A DNA stretch of 64,000 nucleotides from Geosiphon pyriformis uo1 (taxonomy: Eukaryota; Fungi; Glomeromycota). Position numbers and translations under genes: made by a program. The stretch spans positions 62,001 to 126,000 of the forward strand of contig JAAOMT010000058.1 in the NCBI GenBank assembly GCA_016748015.1, in the 5' to 3' direction. Position 1 is the stretch's first letter. The number at the start of each line of letters is the position of its first letter. The notes under the pieces were generated by a model. It had not been told where the DNA came from. It worked only from the letters and a program-made list of their open reading frames with translations, and made no database searches. Positions 26,373 to 40,928 of the stretch are shown in pieces.

Positions 26373-26947
26373 ATTATACAAATTGTTACTTTTCAATATT
26401 TCTATCATCACTTTTGCTAATAGCACTACTAGTTCTTGGGTTATATGTGTACAAGTGTATGGTAAATCTTTCTGTTGTGGCACAGCGTTCTTACAGAATT
26501 CTTGAGACCCCTGGACACTTCACTCACACGCACACACAACACACACATATACCATACGCTGTGTCATCAATCATAAAGCTTCTTTGGCGTAAGTTGCGCG
26601 ATACAAACTTTCCAAAAATCAATAGTCTCTCTCGGTATTTAATATACTTTTTAGTAGTAGTAGGAAAAAAACACTTCCCAAAGTTATTTCATTCATCTCT
26701 TCTTCGAGAGTGGTTGTTTAAACTTCTTTCAAGCCACGATAACTCTTTGACTAGTGTTGGTGGCGCCGTCTGTCAGTTCAACCTTTTGCTCTTCAGATCT
26801 TTCGCTCCCTGTCTGTCTATCTATCTATCATCTGCGTTTTCATTTTTCCATTTTTATTATTATTTATCAATTCACACTCAGCTTGTCTGCAAAAACAGAA
26901 CTTCATAACAAATAGAGATTTCTTTGATAAAAAGTTTCAACCCCACT

Positions 26948-27372
26948 ATGGAAGAAGAAACGTTAAACTCAGAATGGCCCGAAATCCAAGAAATTGGAGA
27001 TTCCCTACAAGAACAACAACAACAACAACAACCTCAACAACCACAAGAGCCATCAGTAGACGAGGAGCTAATAGAGCAAAAAAAGGTATTTGAAGAAACG
27101 CTGAGAAAACTTGAAAACTTAACACTTAGCTCGGACGGAGGCCCTCTCGGAGAATACTTGAAAGCTGTAAAATCTTTCTTGTCATGGATGGCAGCACAAT
27201 CTTCCAAATTCCCTATATTTCCTAACACCTCAACCAATCATATCGACCACGATGCTCTTAACACTATCGACGCTGAAATAAGAAGTAAAAATTCAGAGCA
27301 AAAACAACTAATAAAACAGGGTCAGGAACTCTTGGAGGATAACAGTACAAACAAAATTACTAATAACATTCT

Positions 27373-27419
<47 letters not shown>

Positions 27420-30400
27420 ATAATAATAATAATAATAATAATAACAGTAATACTCTCAAAGACATTGTAAATTCCATAGATTTATTGTGGGAATCCTACA
27501 AAGGCAGGGTAAAAGCTGGTAAGCTCAAATTGCAAGAGTTTGATTGGATGCTCGATTTGGCCTCAAAAATAGATAAAATGGATTTTGATGTGAAAAAAGT
27601 GGAAGCGATGTTAGAGGGTGTACTGGAATCTCGTAATAAATCTCACAACGACGGTGAAATCGCTCCCGGGGACAGATCAGAAACATCATCCAACAATGGT
27701 GATATCACGGTTACCGGTATTGTATTCTCATCTTCGTTATTAGACGAGTGGTACACCAAGGTGATTGCCGTGGAAGAACTGGTTCACGATGTGATTGAGA
27801 AAGTGAACGAATTTGATCAACTATATAGACATCCAAGATTTCGTGCACCCCCCGATTTAGCCAAACGTATTGATGAAATCAATGACACCCATCTCACGTT
27901 AAAAACAAAAATTTCAAAGACTAAAGAAATATTGGCTCATGATCGTCGAATCGGAAGATGGTTTGGTAGTGGCAATGAGGCCGACAAATGGATCTCAGAA
28001 ACCTTGCATCGTGCCAAACAATTAGAGGTCCCAGATTTTATAAATAAAGATGCTTGGGTCGAGGAGGAGCAAAATATCCATAATTTGGTTGAAATTAGGC
28101 GAAAATTGATTGAAAATATCGCGGCTGATGCCGAAAAATTTCGACAAGAAAAGATCGACGAGCTTCTGAAAAAATCTGAAGAATTCATTGAAAGCATCAA
28201 AGATTCTGACGATCAAGAAGATCAAACCGTTGCACAATTAATGCAGAAACAACGAAAAACCTTGAATGAACGTCTCAACAAATTGACCCAATTCACCACG
28301 CTCCTTTTATCACAGACCACCCCCGAAAAATATTTGAATCTCATTCACCTTCTCAAAGCTATGCAAACGATGCGAACCAACATGCAAACCATTCGTAAAT
28401 TGATACGTGAATATGATGATGCTGATTTAGTGGCTGGCGATATAAATGAGGTTGAAAAGGCAATCATGGAACTTGAGAAAGAACTTCCGTCCGAAGAAAC
28501 TGCGCTTGCAAAAGCTCTTCGTCAGAAACATGAGAAATTATTGCTTACTATTCAAAGTATAAGAACTGTTATCGCCCAAGGTAGACTTCAAATGGCTGCT
28601 TATTTAAGTCCCTCTAGTCCAAGTTCACCTACTTCATCGGCCTCCGAATTTGATCGATTATCAATTCAGGTTACCGGTCGTCTTGAATCTCTTCAATTAA
28701 GACTCGCTTCACCACCCACCTACATGATGGACACCAACTCCGAGAACGAGGAACCGGAACGTATGCATGGTTTAACATGTAACGATGATCATGTTGCAGA
28801 TCTAAGTGAAACTTATGGCTCGATCGAATCCGAATTGGTGTCTTTCGGGCAAAGACTCTGGGTAGAATTCTGGGTGACAAGCGACCGAGCCAAAAGGATT
28901 CGAGGTCAGGAAGCGGAAGATCGTACAAAGCAACTAGAAGCCTCTTATACCCAAGTTAAAAAGTTAATGGAAGATCGAAAATATGACCTCGCGATGATCA
29001 AAGAGGGAAGAGAATTTGCAAAAGGAATTAAAAGAATTCGTGATGAGCTGGATAGCGTAAAGAGTAAAATGACCAAAGACCAAACTACCACAACTGACGC
29101 CTCAATTCAAGATCTGGATCAACATATGGTAGAGGCAGCAAAATTGTTTGAAGCCCTCGAGACCTCACACCGACACTTACTTTCACCCGATGCCCAAGAT
29201 CAGAGCTATGTGGAAAAATATAAAGAATATCAATCCTATTATCGAAAGGTTCAAGATTGGATTGAAGAAGTCAGAATTTGGTTTAAAGAAGCCGAACGTA
29301 TCCAAATATGGCTCGAAGAACGTATTGAGATCTTGAAGAACGTGGAACAAGTCGATGTTTTTCAGGAAAACGATATCCCGGCAACGCAGGATCAAGTTGA
29401 AGTTTGGCAAAAGGAACACGAAGAGTTGGAGAAAGAAATTGAAAGATTTGATGCGGGTGATATGGCTCGTCTTCGTGCTCACGGAAGAGATATGGAACAA
29501 AAACATTTGTCTCCCGCGGATACTTTAACGATCGCCGCCATCTTTCAAACATTGAAGATTCTCGATCAATTAATTAATATGCTTAAAAAACGTGAAAACG
29601 AGCTTGCTTTATTGGCATTGCGAGTTCAATGGGAACGCGAATTCGAAATTGCCATGAATGCATGGTTGTCACTTATTGAAGAAACTAGGGAATTCATCGT
29701 GAACAGGGGCAGATGGAAGCCTCCGGCTTCCGTCACCGAAGATGGTTGGCCTGTGCCTGCACCCCAACCCGATCAAGATGATGTTATGATAGAATTGGAG
29801 GACATTTATGATAAGATTGCGGATTACAAGAATGTCATACTGCCTTCAGGAGATACTATAGATGAGATGGTTTCTCTAAGCAATGTTCCTGAGCATCTGC
29901 TCGCTAGACAAGAAAATCTTGAGGAAGTAAATTTCATTGACTTGGAAAATTATTACACGTTTTCGAGAAGGGTAGTTTCACAACGAAAAGAAATTTTGGA
30001 TTACGTCCAAGCCGCTACCTTGAATCATCAAGATGGAATTCGTCTAAAGGATGACTTGATTAAGGAAGAATCTCAGCCTCGTGGTGGCTCCATTGAACAA
30101 CAATTTATTGCACGGGTTCAGGAGCTTAAAAATCGGATCGAGAACTTATGGGCCACCAAAGGATCAAGAGTAATATATCCGGATCATGATCGTCATGATC
30201 CATCTGAGAATTCTACAGTACGTGAAGGCTTAGAATCATATTATGGAAAGATGAAGGAACTATACCAAGAAGTCGAGGAAGCTCTCAAAGCGTATCAAGC
30301 TGCGCTGCGTTTTGTAAAAATGGCCGAAGAGTACAAGCAGGAAGCCGCTCGATTGGCAAAATGGATGGCCGAACAGGATGCTCTTTTACAAAAGAGAAAG

Positions 30401-33400
30401 GTGGACGTTTTCGCCAAAAAATGCTCCTTCAACAAATTGGATTCGGAAACTTTTATGTTGGAGAATTCTGAACTTTTGACAGTGGTGGGCAATTTCGAGG
30501 CACAAGACTTGATGACACTTCAAAAAGAAGTCTCCGATTTAGTTCAAGAAATTAAAATTATCGGGACAAAATGTGTAAATACCGATGAACTTGATAGTAT
30601 GATAACTAAACTCAAGCAACAACTTGACGAATTACATGGAGAGATTGATGCCCATGGAAAAACGCTCATTGTCCTTGATAAACGTATCGAATGGGAGGAA
30701 GCACATTCTGATGCTAACGAATGGATTGATTCGGCCACCTTAGAGGCTGAACAATTTCTACTTGATCAGGCTCGATGGAAAACAGAAAATCAAATCCCAA
30801 AGGAGACTTTGATCGGTTGGCTCACTGCATTTCAATCGAACCTTTCTAATTTTAGAGGCAATTTTTTAAAGAGAACGCAGGATTCCTTCAATGGTCTCTG
30901 TGATATTTTCAACATTTTACCCGAGACCGAGACCGCCCCGGACCACATTCATTCACGGCAAAAAAATTTGGAGGATAAAACTTCGGCCCTTGAAGATTTA
31001 TCCTTCTATGTAGTAGAAGTGATAAAACAGCAAGAAACCGTGGTTGATTACATGAAAAAAGCTCAAGCCGCTGAAGATTTTGGAAATCAGGTTGGAGTCA
31101 ATTTACAAAGTGCCCTTGGGACGATCTTGATCGAGTACAAGGACGATGATACCGCATTTATTGAATCGATTGCGTTGTACAAGGGTCAGATTCAAAAAGC
31201 TTGGGTCGAACTTACCGAGGCCGTTCATTATCCAGCACGTAACAAAGAGGACAATAAAATTTCACAAGAGGAGGCAGATGAAAACGTCAAAAATTCGGAT
31301 GATGTCCACTTTAATCTGACAGTAAAAGAGGCGCTTCAACAAAAGGAAGCATCACTGCAAGCTCTCAGTGACAACCTGGATGAGCTACTCATGGATTTCC
31401 AACGTTCCATTGGACTTTACCGCAAAGCCAAAGAATGCGAAGAGAAAGCAAAGGTGTTTGATGATTGGGTCACCGACAAAATTTCCAAGGTTGAATTACG
31501 TCATATTGACATTTTTGCCCAGGTGTTAAATTTGAAACCTGATGATGTCGTAAACCTGAGACGGGAAAATGAACAATTTATCAACGAAGTGAAAACATTC
31601 GAAATTGATCAAGTTAATGATCTTCGTGAAAAGAGTGCAAGTTTACTTGAAGCTATCGAAGACGCCAATGCAAAAAATATCGACACTATCCCGCTCACAA
31701 CTGCCCTGGAAACTCTCAACGAGAATCTCGCCAACCTTCAAAATCTGCTCAGTATCGAAACAAATGAAGTTGAGGCGGTCGATAAACGGGTCACATGGGA
31801 GGATTCGTATCAGAAATCTTCGGATCGGATCGAAGACGCTATACGGGAGACTCGAGAATTTATTACAGAGAAGGCCGCCTGGAGGCTAGACACACCTGAA
31901 GAAAAATCAACGATCGAGCCTCTTGACATTGAATTTACATTGATTGAAGGAAAAGTTCAATCTCAATTATCCAATGAAATTCCCCAAAATCAAACAAACT
32001 TTGAGGCTTTCATCAATGCCAGTGAAAAACTATCCGAAAAGGAACGTCGAACAGATATTGAGAATCGTCAAGCACAACTTGAAACAAATGTCAGAAAATT
32101 AAAAGATCAGGTACTTTACGGTCGAGATCTTTTGTCTCAAAGAGCTGCACTCGTTGATTTCATGACGGAGGCTTCACGTCTTGACTTGGTTGGAGCCAGA
32201 ATTCGGGAAAGCTTAGTTGAGGCCGAAGTAAACGTGCGCTCTGGATCTAGCAGCCTTGATTTCAAAATCAAGGAATTCAACGACGGGATCGAATCGCTGT
32301 GGGAAAATTCAGGATCAAAGGTGCCGTATCCAACTAGTCCGATCATGGAACAAGTTGATCACACAGAGAATTCAGTGATCGAAGATGCGGTCGGTGAACG
32401 ATACTCAACATTAAAAGAACTTAGTGACACAATTGATAAATTGCTTGCGAAATATTTGTCATCATTGGCCCTTCAGGAACGCTCGAATGATTGTCTCAAA
32501 GATTCAGCTCGAATTCAAGAATGGATATCAGGACGTTTGCAAATTCTGAACGATCGTCAAGTGGATCCGTTAGATGAGGAGTGTCCGTGGAAGGAAGATC
32601 AAGTTCAAAAGATGCAAAAAGAGCATGAGGAATTCTTGGAAGAACATGCGAGAGTAGATGTTGAGGATGTAAGCAAACTTCGTCGAGATCTTGAAATCCT
32701 ACTCGAAGATATAGTGAAGGCTCATTGTTCCAGTGTCGATCAAGTTCCTCTTCGTGAAGCATTGGACAGTATGAACAAGGAATTTTCCGATTTGCAATCT
32801 TTGTCCTCTGCACGACAATTACATTTATCTGTTCTGGAGGCTCGTGTCAAATGGGAAGAACAATTCACACCATCATTCAATCTGCTTGATGATTTAAATA
32901 ACCGGGTAAACGATTTCATTACCAATCAAGCACGATGGTCACCAGAAACAATAATTCTGGATATCGACTTGAAAAAAGTTTTCGCTGATCTGGAAGAAAA
33001 AGTGTCCCAATTTGAAGAAAATTCTCTCGCCATTACCAAATCAACTTTCAACGATATGACTTCTACAATTAAGACCCTTCTCTCGAAAGAAACCCCAGAA
33101 TATTTGACAACACGACAAATTTCATTGAATCAAAAATTCGCAGATATCTTGGATCGAATAAAGTTGGCCAAACAAGTGCTAGCACAACGTGATGCTGTTG
33201 ACCTGTTCCTCGAGCAAGCCGCCCTCGTGCAAATTCAAGGCGAAGCTCTTGGCTCAGAATTGACAGTTGCGGCAAAAAATGGGTACCCAGATTCCGGGTT
33301 TGTTGAAAAGCTTCAAGCTTTCAAGGACAAATTAGAAGACCTGAAATCAGTTTATGCCTCTAAAATCGTACATCCCCTCGACACCCAAGCATCTGAAAAT

Positions 33401-36400
33401 TTAAATAAGCCGATCAACCAGGTTCTTTTTTTTGCATTTTGAGCATCGCTAGATTTTTTCTAAATTTAAGGTTTCACTAAATTTACAACTGATCTCTTCA
33501 CCCCGTTTAAGGTCATTGACGAGAAACTCACAACTCTCGATGCATTATCAGAAGAATTGGATGATTTGCTCAAGTCTTACCAGAACACAAATACCCTAGC
33601 TGTAGAACTTGGGGAGGTTTTGAAAAGGGCGAAAATTATTGAAAGCGATCTTGATAAATTCATTTTTAATAAAGCCACCTGGGAATTTAACCAAAAAACC
33701 CTTGAAGGCCAGTCCATCGAAGAAACACAGGTTAAACTTTTGTCCGAACTGGACGGCATCAAAGAAAGGATGGCCAAATTTCAGGAAGAAACCCTGGGTC
33801 CAATTAATAAGAAATTTAATGATTATAAATCCGGGATGGAAGGATCAAATAAAGATGTTCCGGAGCACGTTCAAAACCTCTATAAAACTCTTAACGATCT
33901 AGTGAACGGGTTGGAACCGCTTGGTGGATTCGCAAGAGACATAATTCGACAACGAGAAGTAGTTGATAATTACATGAAAGATGTGTCGTCGTTGAAAAAT
34001 GATGCACCAGAAATTCAGCAGGTTAAAAATATATTATTTTCCAACTTTCAATTATCACATGAGAAATTTCATAAATATTCTACATTTCTTTTATTTTACA
34101 GCTACTCTGGAAGAAAGAGCCCAACTCACCCGGTGGACAACGTACCACAATTTCAATGGAGGTCGAAAATTTTGCAAATCGCGTACTAGCTCTCTGGAAT
34201 GATGTTTCCGGAAAATTGGAATATCCCGTTTGCTCGGTTCAAGACGACCAAGATCGAGTTGGTCGTGCTGATGATTGCAACTCGGTGATTCGTCAGGCGG
34301 TCAACGATCAACACGAATCCTTGAAATCCCTCGCCCATAGCCTTAATGATTTGTTAAATAAAAAGAATATTTTACATCGAAAGAATATGTTGGAATCATA
34401 TCTAAATCAAGCCCTGGAAGTTGCCGGATGGATTCAACCAAGACTGAAAATTGTTCAAGACATCAACAATGATGATACCCTGGGAGAGCAATCCGAGGAT
34501 CAAATTCATAATCTCATCGGAGAAGTTGATGGTGTTGATGCAGCTCGTACAGCTTACCATAGTACGGTTGAATTTGCCAAGAGTCTGGTCTCCAGTATTA
34601 TCAAAGAGATGGCTTTTGAAGCTGAACAAGGGGGAGAAGACGTCGATGATGTCAAAGCGGACTTGGAAAAGGCGCGCGAGAAGCAACAAGAAATCGATGC
34701 TCTATGGAATGTCCTTAATTCAACTATTCCCGCAGCAAAACAAATATTGGATCAGGCACTCCATGTGATTGAATTCAAAGAAAAGACCCAGGAAACTTCT
34801 GTGAAGATAAACGATCTCTCCAGTGCTATGTTGCAAATGCGTCCAGAAAATATTTCTCAGGTCGACATCAAAGACTGGCAAATTCGCTTGAACTCCATAG
34901 AACAAAGTGACCTCTTTTCATTGGTAAAGCTTTTTGACAATGTGCAAGAAAGTTTAAAAGAAAATCAAAGCGCCATCACCGATAAAGAATCAAAAATTCT
35001 CGAGGATTTATTAAAACAAGTGAACTATGGCATCGCTTCTTTGAAGAGATTAATGGGCCAAAAGATTGACGAAGAAGAAGCTTATCGGTCGTCACAAATT
35101 GCAAATGCATATATGGATCGTGCCAATGAACTAGAACAATGGTGTATTGATTCAATTGCACAATTTCAAGATGCACAAAAATACGGCCTAATGATTGGGA
35201 CGTCAGAAGACCAGAACGATGAAAATTGGAATAATCTGAGAAATGTATTTGAGAATTTTAAAATTCAAGTAGGACAAAAATTCCTTGATCTTGAAAGTAT
35301 CCGTGCAGACTTCACAGACATTGCTTCACCAGAAGGTATTCGTGAATTAGAAGATATAATGACCTCGCACTCCAGGCTCAACACAGCCTGGGACAACCTT
35401 GACAAAGCAACCACCTATATGAAAACGTTCATAGACACCGTTGAGGAATGGCATAAACTTCACCACTCACTTTACGAAGTAGAATCCGAGATACTGGACG
35501 GATTAAAAGATCGGATTGATAAATTGGCAAGCATCGGTTACGACAAATTAACGACAGAAGTCAGCGAATTGGACACTTTAATTAAAAAGGCGACTATTTT
35601 AATTCAGGAAACTCTGGTTGCATCAGCACAGATTATTGACAAACCGGAAGAAGTCATTGATCAAATAAATCGTGTTAATTTCGATGAACACCACTCGAAC
35701 GCATTGAAACGTCTGAATTCCCTTACAACTTCTTTCCAAATCGCTCTTACCGCTGCACACAATGCTTCAGCTTTGGCCGCTTTTCATGCCGAGGCAAATC
35801 GTATCATTGCTGGTTGCAAAGAAGGCACCGATCTTGTACAAACCCGTCATCAAGATTTAAACAATAGCGCTTATTACTCCCTAGAAGCAAATGCGTTAGC
35901 AAAGGTTGTCAAAGATTCCATCGAAGGATATACTGTTAGTGAGGAAAAATTGAAAAATTATCACACCCTAATCAATGAAAATCTTAAACGTGAGGCCGAT
36001 GAGCTCATTGAACGCAAGATGGCTAACACGGATCGTATCGTTAACATATTCGCAAAAGCAACTGACGCCCTAAAACAATATTCTGACGGGGTCTCACGTG
36101 AACGCACTGAGCTGGAGCTTGTTCGAAATGTATATTCCCACGCGAAAGCTGCTGATGATATTAAATCTTGGATATGGAAATGTAAGTCGGCCATAGTGAA
36201 CATTCTGCCGATTACTCTGGCTGATCAAGACCCCGAGATTACCCCTCTCGAAGAGAAAATTAGCAATTTCCAACAGAAAGTTGATGAATTCCGAGATATG
36301 GGGGACATGGTTGTATCAAAAGCTTCAAATGCAGAAATTGACGCTGAAGATTCCGATGAAGGTAATCTCAGGATAAGTGAGGCGATTAAACAACGTACGA

Positions 36401-38262
36401 ACCGTATATTAAATGATTGGGATGGCCTTAAACAACTATTAGCATCTGCTCGAGCTAGTCTGAACGCTTCAAAAGAGAACCAGGAAGTTTCTCGAAACAT
36501 TAAAGAAATCTTGACGGCAATAAGCCTAGTAAAAGAGAGAGTATTGAACATTGATACATATATAAATAGTGAAAGTATGGTCAGACTACCGGCCAATCCA
36601 GATATTGAAGTCGGAGAGAAGGAATTGAATGCAATACAAGCTGAGGTCGACCAAATTCTGCAGGCAAAAATTGACACATTAGATTACATGATTAGCAATT
36701 TGAGTGAGGGAGGTACCAATTTTATACAGCAAAGGGGTGGGATTGCCGAAGACTTGACCAATCTTGCAAGCCTTATTGAGAACAAAAGAAATGAACTGCG
36801 AGAAGCTCGTAAACTTGCTTTCTTTGGTGGCAAAGCAGAAGAAGTTGAAACTTTTATCGGTGATTTGATGGAAGTACTGGTGAACGCGTCATCGACCACA
36901 AACAATTTACCGCTCTCAACTTTACCAATTGTTGAATTGCAATCACGAAAGATTGAGCTTGACACCAAGCACGGCTATTATAAACCCAAGATAATTGAAA
37001 GATTGAAAGAAGCTAGAAAAGCTGCTGAAGTTGTCAAAGATGATTGGCGAGTTGAGGAACGGTTAGGAAAACTTAATGAACAATGGAAAGAATTAAATGC
37101 CGAGGCTGCAGCAAAAAAAGAAGAATTGGAACGATTGGTCTTGGGGCGAAAAAGTGAACGGGGAAAACCTATCTCAATACGGAATACGCAAAATAAAGGT
37201 ATCACATTTAAGAAATCAAGCCCATCACTGATGGCATCACGATCTTCATCACCAGTTCTGATTACCGCCAAAGGTTCACGAGGACCGATTACACGAGTGG
37301 CAAGTCCTTCAGGTTTACCGGCACGACAAACACCCAGTCCGACTCCTGGTACACCTGGTTTTCCAAGTCGACCACCCGTACGATTAATACCACATACGGT
37401 CAATCACTATGTACCAAAATCGAATGATCCACTTGATGTTGAAGTTGCACGAATAGTCAATTCATGTCCTGTGAAGATTAAAGTTTCAATGGTTGAAGGT
37501 GAATCTGGAAAATATCTTTTTGGTGAAGTTGACCCGAAGCTTTGCTATTGTCGAATTCTCAGGAGTCGAATGGTCATGGTTCGAGTTGGTGGAGGCTGGG
37601 CTGAATTGTCAAAGTTAGTACTAGTCAATATATTTTTTTTTTCTTGCAATTTTCAATCTCGACTAACGTTCAAACCATTTTTTGCTTTTTTCCTATAATA
37701 AATTCATGGTCGATGTTGAAATTTTTTTAAAAAAAGATTCTTAATTGGTATGTACAATATTCTAATAAGTATAATAGTCAAAATCAAAATCAAAAAGAAA
37801 TCGAAACAAAGAGAAGAAAATGAAAAAGTTTGGAAAGACATTCGATTTTGAAATGCTTTTCTCTCATTTCTGCGTTTATTATATACACATGACATATATA
37901 GATAACAGTGATGTCACTCTCCAATTCATTCTGCCAACACAGAACACGCTAACCTGGAAAAGTACATCCCCAAAGCCCGATCTTTTGTCGGACCTGACGA
38001 AACAATCTCCGACTACGGCGGTCAAACCTCTTCTGGTCCCAATTTTTATGAGGCGAACATCCGGCTCAATCCGACAGGGACAGGACTCCGAATCGAAGGA
38101 GAAAAGGATAGTGGTCCCTTGGCGTTGAAACGAATGTCTTTTGCCCGCAAAGTGAGTAGGCGAGATAGTAGTGATAATAGCAATAATAATGATTATGGTG
38201 AAAGTGATTATAGGTCACGAATGGGTCAAACCAGAGTGGCAAGAACAGCAAACATTAAGTAG
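26948..38262 (+). CDS. Giant (~3,600 aa) spectrin-repeat-like rod protein with C-terminal GAS2/GAR microtubule-binding domain (spectraplakin-like)
   Basis: Exons 26948-33421, 33512-34021, 34102-37613, 37737-37747 and 37943-38262 keep frame with GT-AG introns (a further intron at ~38152-38213 is possible). Periodic Trp-containing helical repeats. GAR motif DPLDVEVARIVN-C...GKYLFG...RILRSRMVMVRVGGGWAELSKFL. Confidence 0.88.
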
Positions 38263-40928
38263 AAGGAGGGAGGAAAAGAATGGTGGATGGAGTTTTTGGG
38301 TTTGGGGTTCAGGTCGAGATTAGAGTTTCAATGAAAGGTTAGATCTGTTTTGGGGTTGGGTGAGAGGTTGTTACAATTTTGGGTTGGTAGTGTGATGTTG
38401 TTGTGTTGCGTTGTGATTTCTTTGGTCTCAGGATTGAGTACCATTAAATCGGTGTTGTTGTTTGGTTGGTTTGTTGGTGATCAGATTTTTCTACTGCTTA
38501 TTGAGGGTGGTGAGGGGTGTGGAGAGAACTTTTTTTTTTCACTCTGAATCGACAGAGGGGGTCCTTTGCTCAGCTCGGACGCCGGCACCAGTGTTGGATG
38601 TTGAGTTTGATGCCGTGACGGCAGCCACAACAGCGCGAGGTACCCCCCTTGTTTTTTTCGCTTCTATACACAAACACACGCATATGTTTTATTCATACCT
38701 ACTACGCCTAAATCCCAAAAACACATTAAACATTCACATACGAGCATATAAAACCATACAACAACATGTAAATATACGCACACGTTACTCTTTTTTCTGT
38801 TTGTTTTGTAGAGCATTCTGATACAAATCTAGACATTTATGATACACAAATCTTTTTTGGTTTTTTGTTGTATTTTTATGATTTTCATTTTTGAAAGAAT
38901 TCAATAAAAGAAAGGAAATAATTAACCTAAATTATTTATTGTATATTTTTTCTTCTCACCCTCACCCTTCCCCCTCCTTTCGCCTGTCCCGTTCAATTCC
39001 ATCAAAAATCCCATTCCCCGCAATCTCTATCACACACGTATATCCCCCCCCCTCCATACACCTCGCTTATCCATCTATCCACATACGTATACACATTCTA
39101 CATCTATAACAGTATCAAGAATTGTGGATTTGGGTGATAGGTTCGGCGATCTTGTTATACTATTTGATCGCGTTGAAACAAAGCGGCGTCAATTCGTGGG
39201 GTGACACTTGCGAACTGAAGAATACCCAGTATTTGGTGTGTACTTGAGATATGATTACGATTCAAGAACGGGAGAACATGAAGAACCGAAACAAGAAAAG
39301 AAGACGGGCAGAGCCAAACGTGAATGTAATTTTCGACATTTGAATGAAGTATCAGTAGCAAAAGCGATGACAAGAACTGATACAGAAAAAAAAGAAAAGA
39401 ATTTAATATCCAAAGTCAATTTCGCAAATAAAACACAAGTAAGCCTAACGGGGTATGTTTCGGTAGTCAAGTACAAGTACACTAAGGCAAAACACGAAGA
39501 AAGTTCCTCCAACAACCGCTCAACGATTTTCTGCTATATCAATATCATATCTATCTATCTCTCGCTCTCTTTGCCACTTCCTAATGATCTCTCGTTCTTT
39601 CAGCCAGCGACAATATTTCGAACAAATGTATATATTCTCGCCTCTTCTGTATCAAAGACAATTTAATTAAAATGGAAAGAGAGGCATAAAGAGAGAAACT
39701 TTTATGAGAGACCAAATTCCTTCAATTGAGACGATACACGAGCACGTAAACCGGTTACAAAAGCTCGATGCTTTACAATCGACTTGGATTGTTTGCCCTT
39801 ACTAATCTTCCTCCACCTCAATTCAACATTAATGCGATCAAAATTAAGCCTGAAATCCTCCAAATAATCCGCCGGCCTTTTAATATCTATTTTGATCCTT
39901 TTTACACATCTTAAAAAATTTTCAAAGTCGCACTCATGAAAAATTATCCGAACTCTTAGATGGTGATTTAACACAATTGAATAAGTTTTTTTCTCTCCTT
40001 TAACACACATCATCATCATCACTTTAATGATTAATCTCGATAATAATCTTTCCTAACCCGTGACGAGACACAAAAAAAAACCTCTACTGAAACCAATTCA
40101 CCCAAAAATCAACGTCATTACAATCATCAACATGGCTCTTGCATTTTACACACAACAAATAGATTTTTTACTTGAAGGATTTTAGTATATGACTGATATA
40201 TCAAGATCTTATTTCGTGGAACGCAAATGCCTACCCCATATAACCTATATTGTGATCTCCCCTTTATATTACATTACAAACTCAATTCTTCCACCACCGT
40301 AAAATTTCAAAGAACGAGCTATAATATTAAATTTTTAGTTTTTTTTGGGGGGGGGGGAGGGGCTTTTTTTCGGGTTATTTCAATTTAGTATATTTATAGT
40401 ATTTATTTAACGATATATATATAGGGGTTTTTTTAATTTTTTATTTCCATTCCAATCTTTTTTCTGGTTTCGCGGGAAATCATAATTATCATCACCACAC
40501 AACCATTCTTGTACTTTCCTCAGAATTATATCATTATCATGTAATTTTTTCATATTCTAAGCTACTACTATCATCATCAATCAATCATTATTTTACTATC
40601 ATTACTTTTATAAATGCTCATTGACACTAAAAGATCCTCCTGTAAATTCAACTGAAAACTGAAATTTTCTTTTTTTAATATACATAAAGTTTCCCATGAT
40701 ATTGTTTTTAGACTTCATGTTTTAATTCTAAAGAAGTTTAGAAAAATATAAAGAATTGTGTTTTCAAGATCTTTAACTGAGAATACTAATGGTTCATGCG
40801 AAGCCGAAATTAAATGAAGCAGAGGAGTTTTTCCACGAATACCATGTTTGTCCAAAGCAAACAAAAAGGATCGAGCATAGCATCGATACATCAGCAAACT
40901 CCAAGTTCCAACACCAAAAATTCACACC

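Noticed and set aside
26226-26483. Poly-Ile and poly-Asn ORFs
   Set aside because: These are translations of (TAT)n microsatellites.
27034-37403. Numerous antisense and alternate-frame ORFs over the giant gene
   Set aside because: They are shadow ORFs of a long coding sequence and show no motifs.
26924-37698. Three separate genes (2172, 210 and 1180 aa ORFs)
   Set aside because: Frame-preserving GT-AG introns at 33422-33511 and 34022-34101 join them into one gene.
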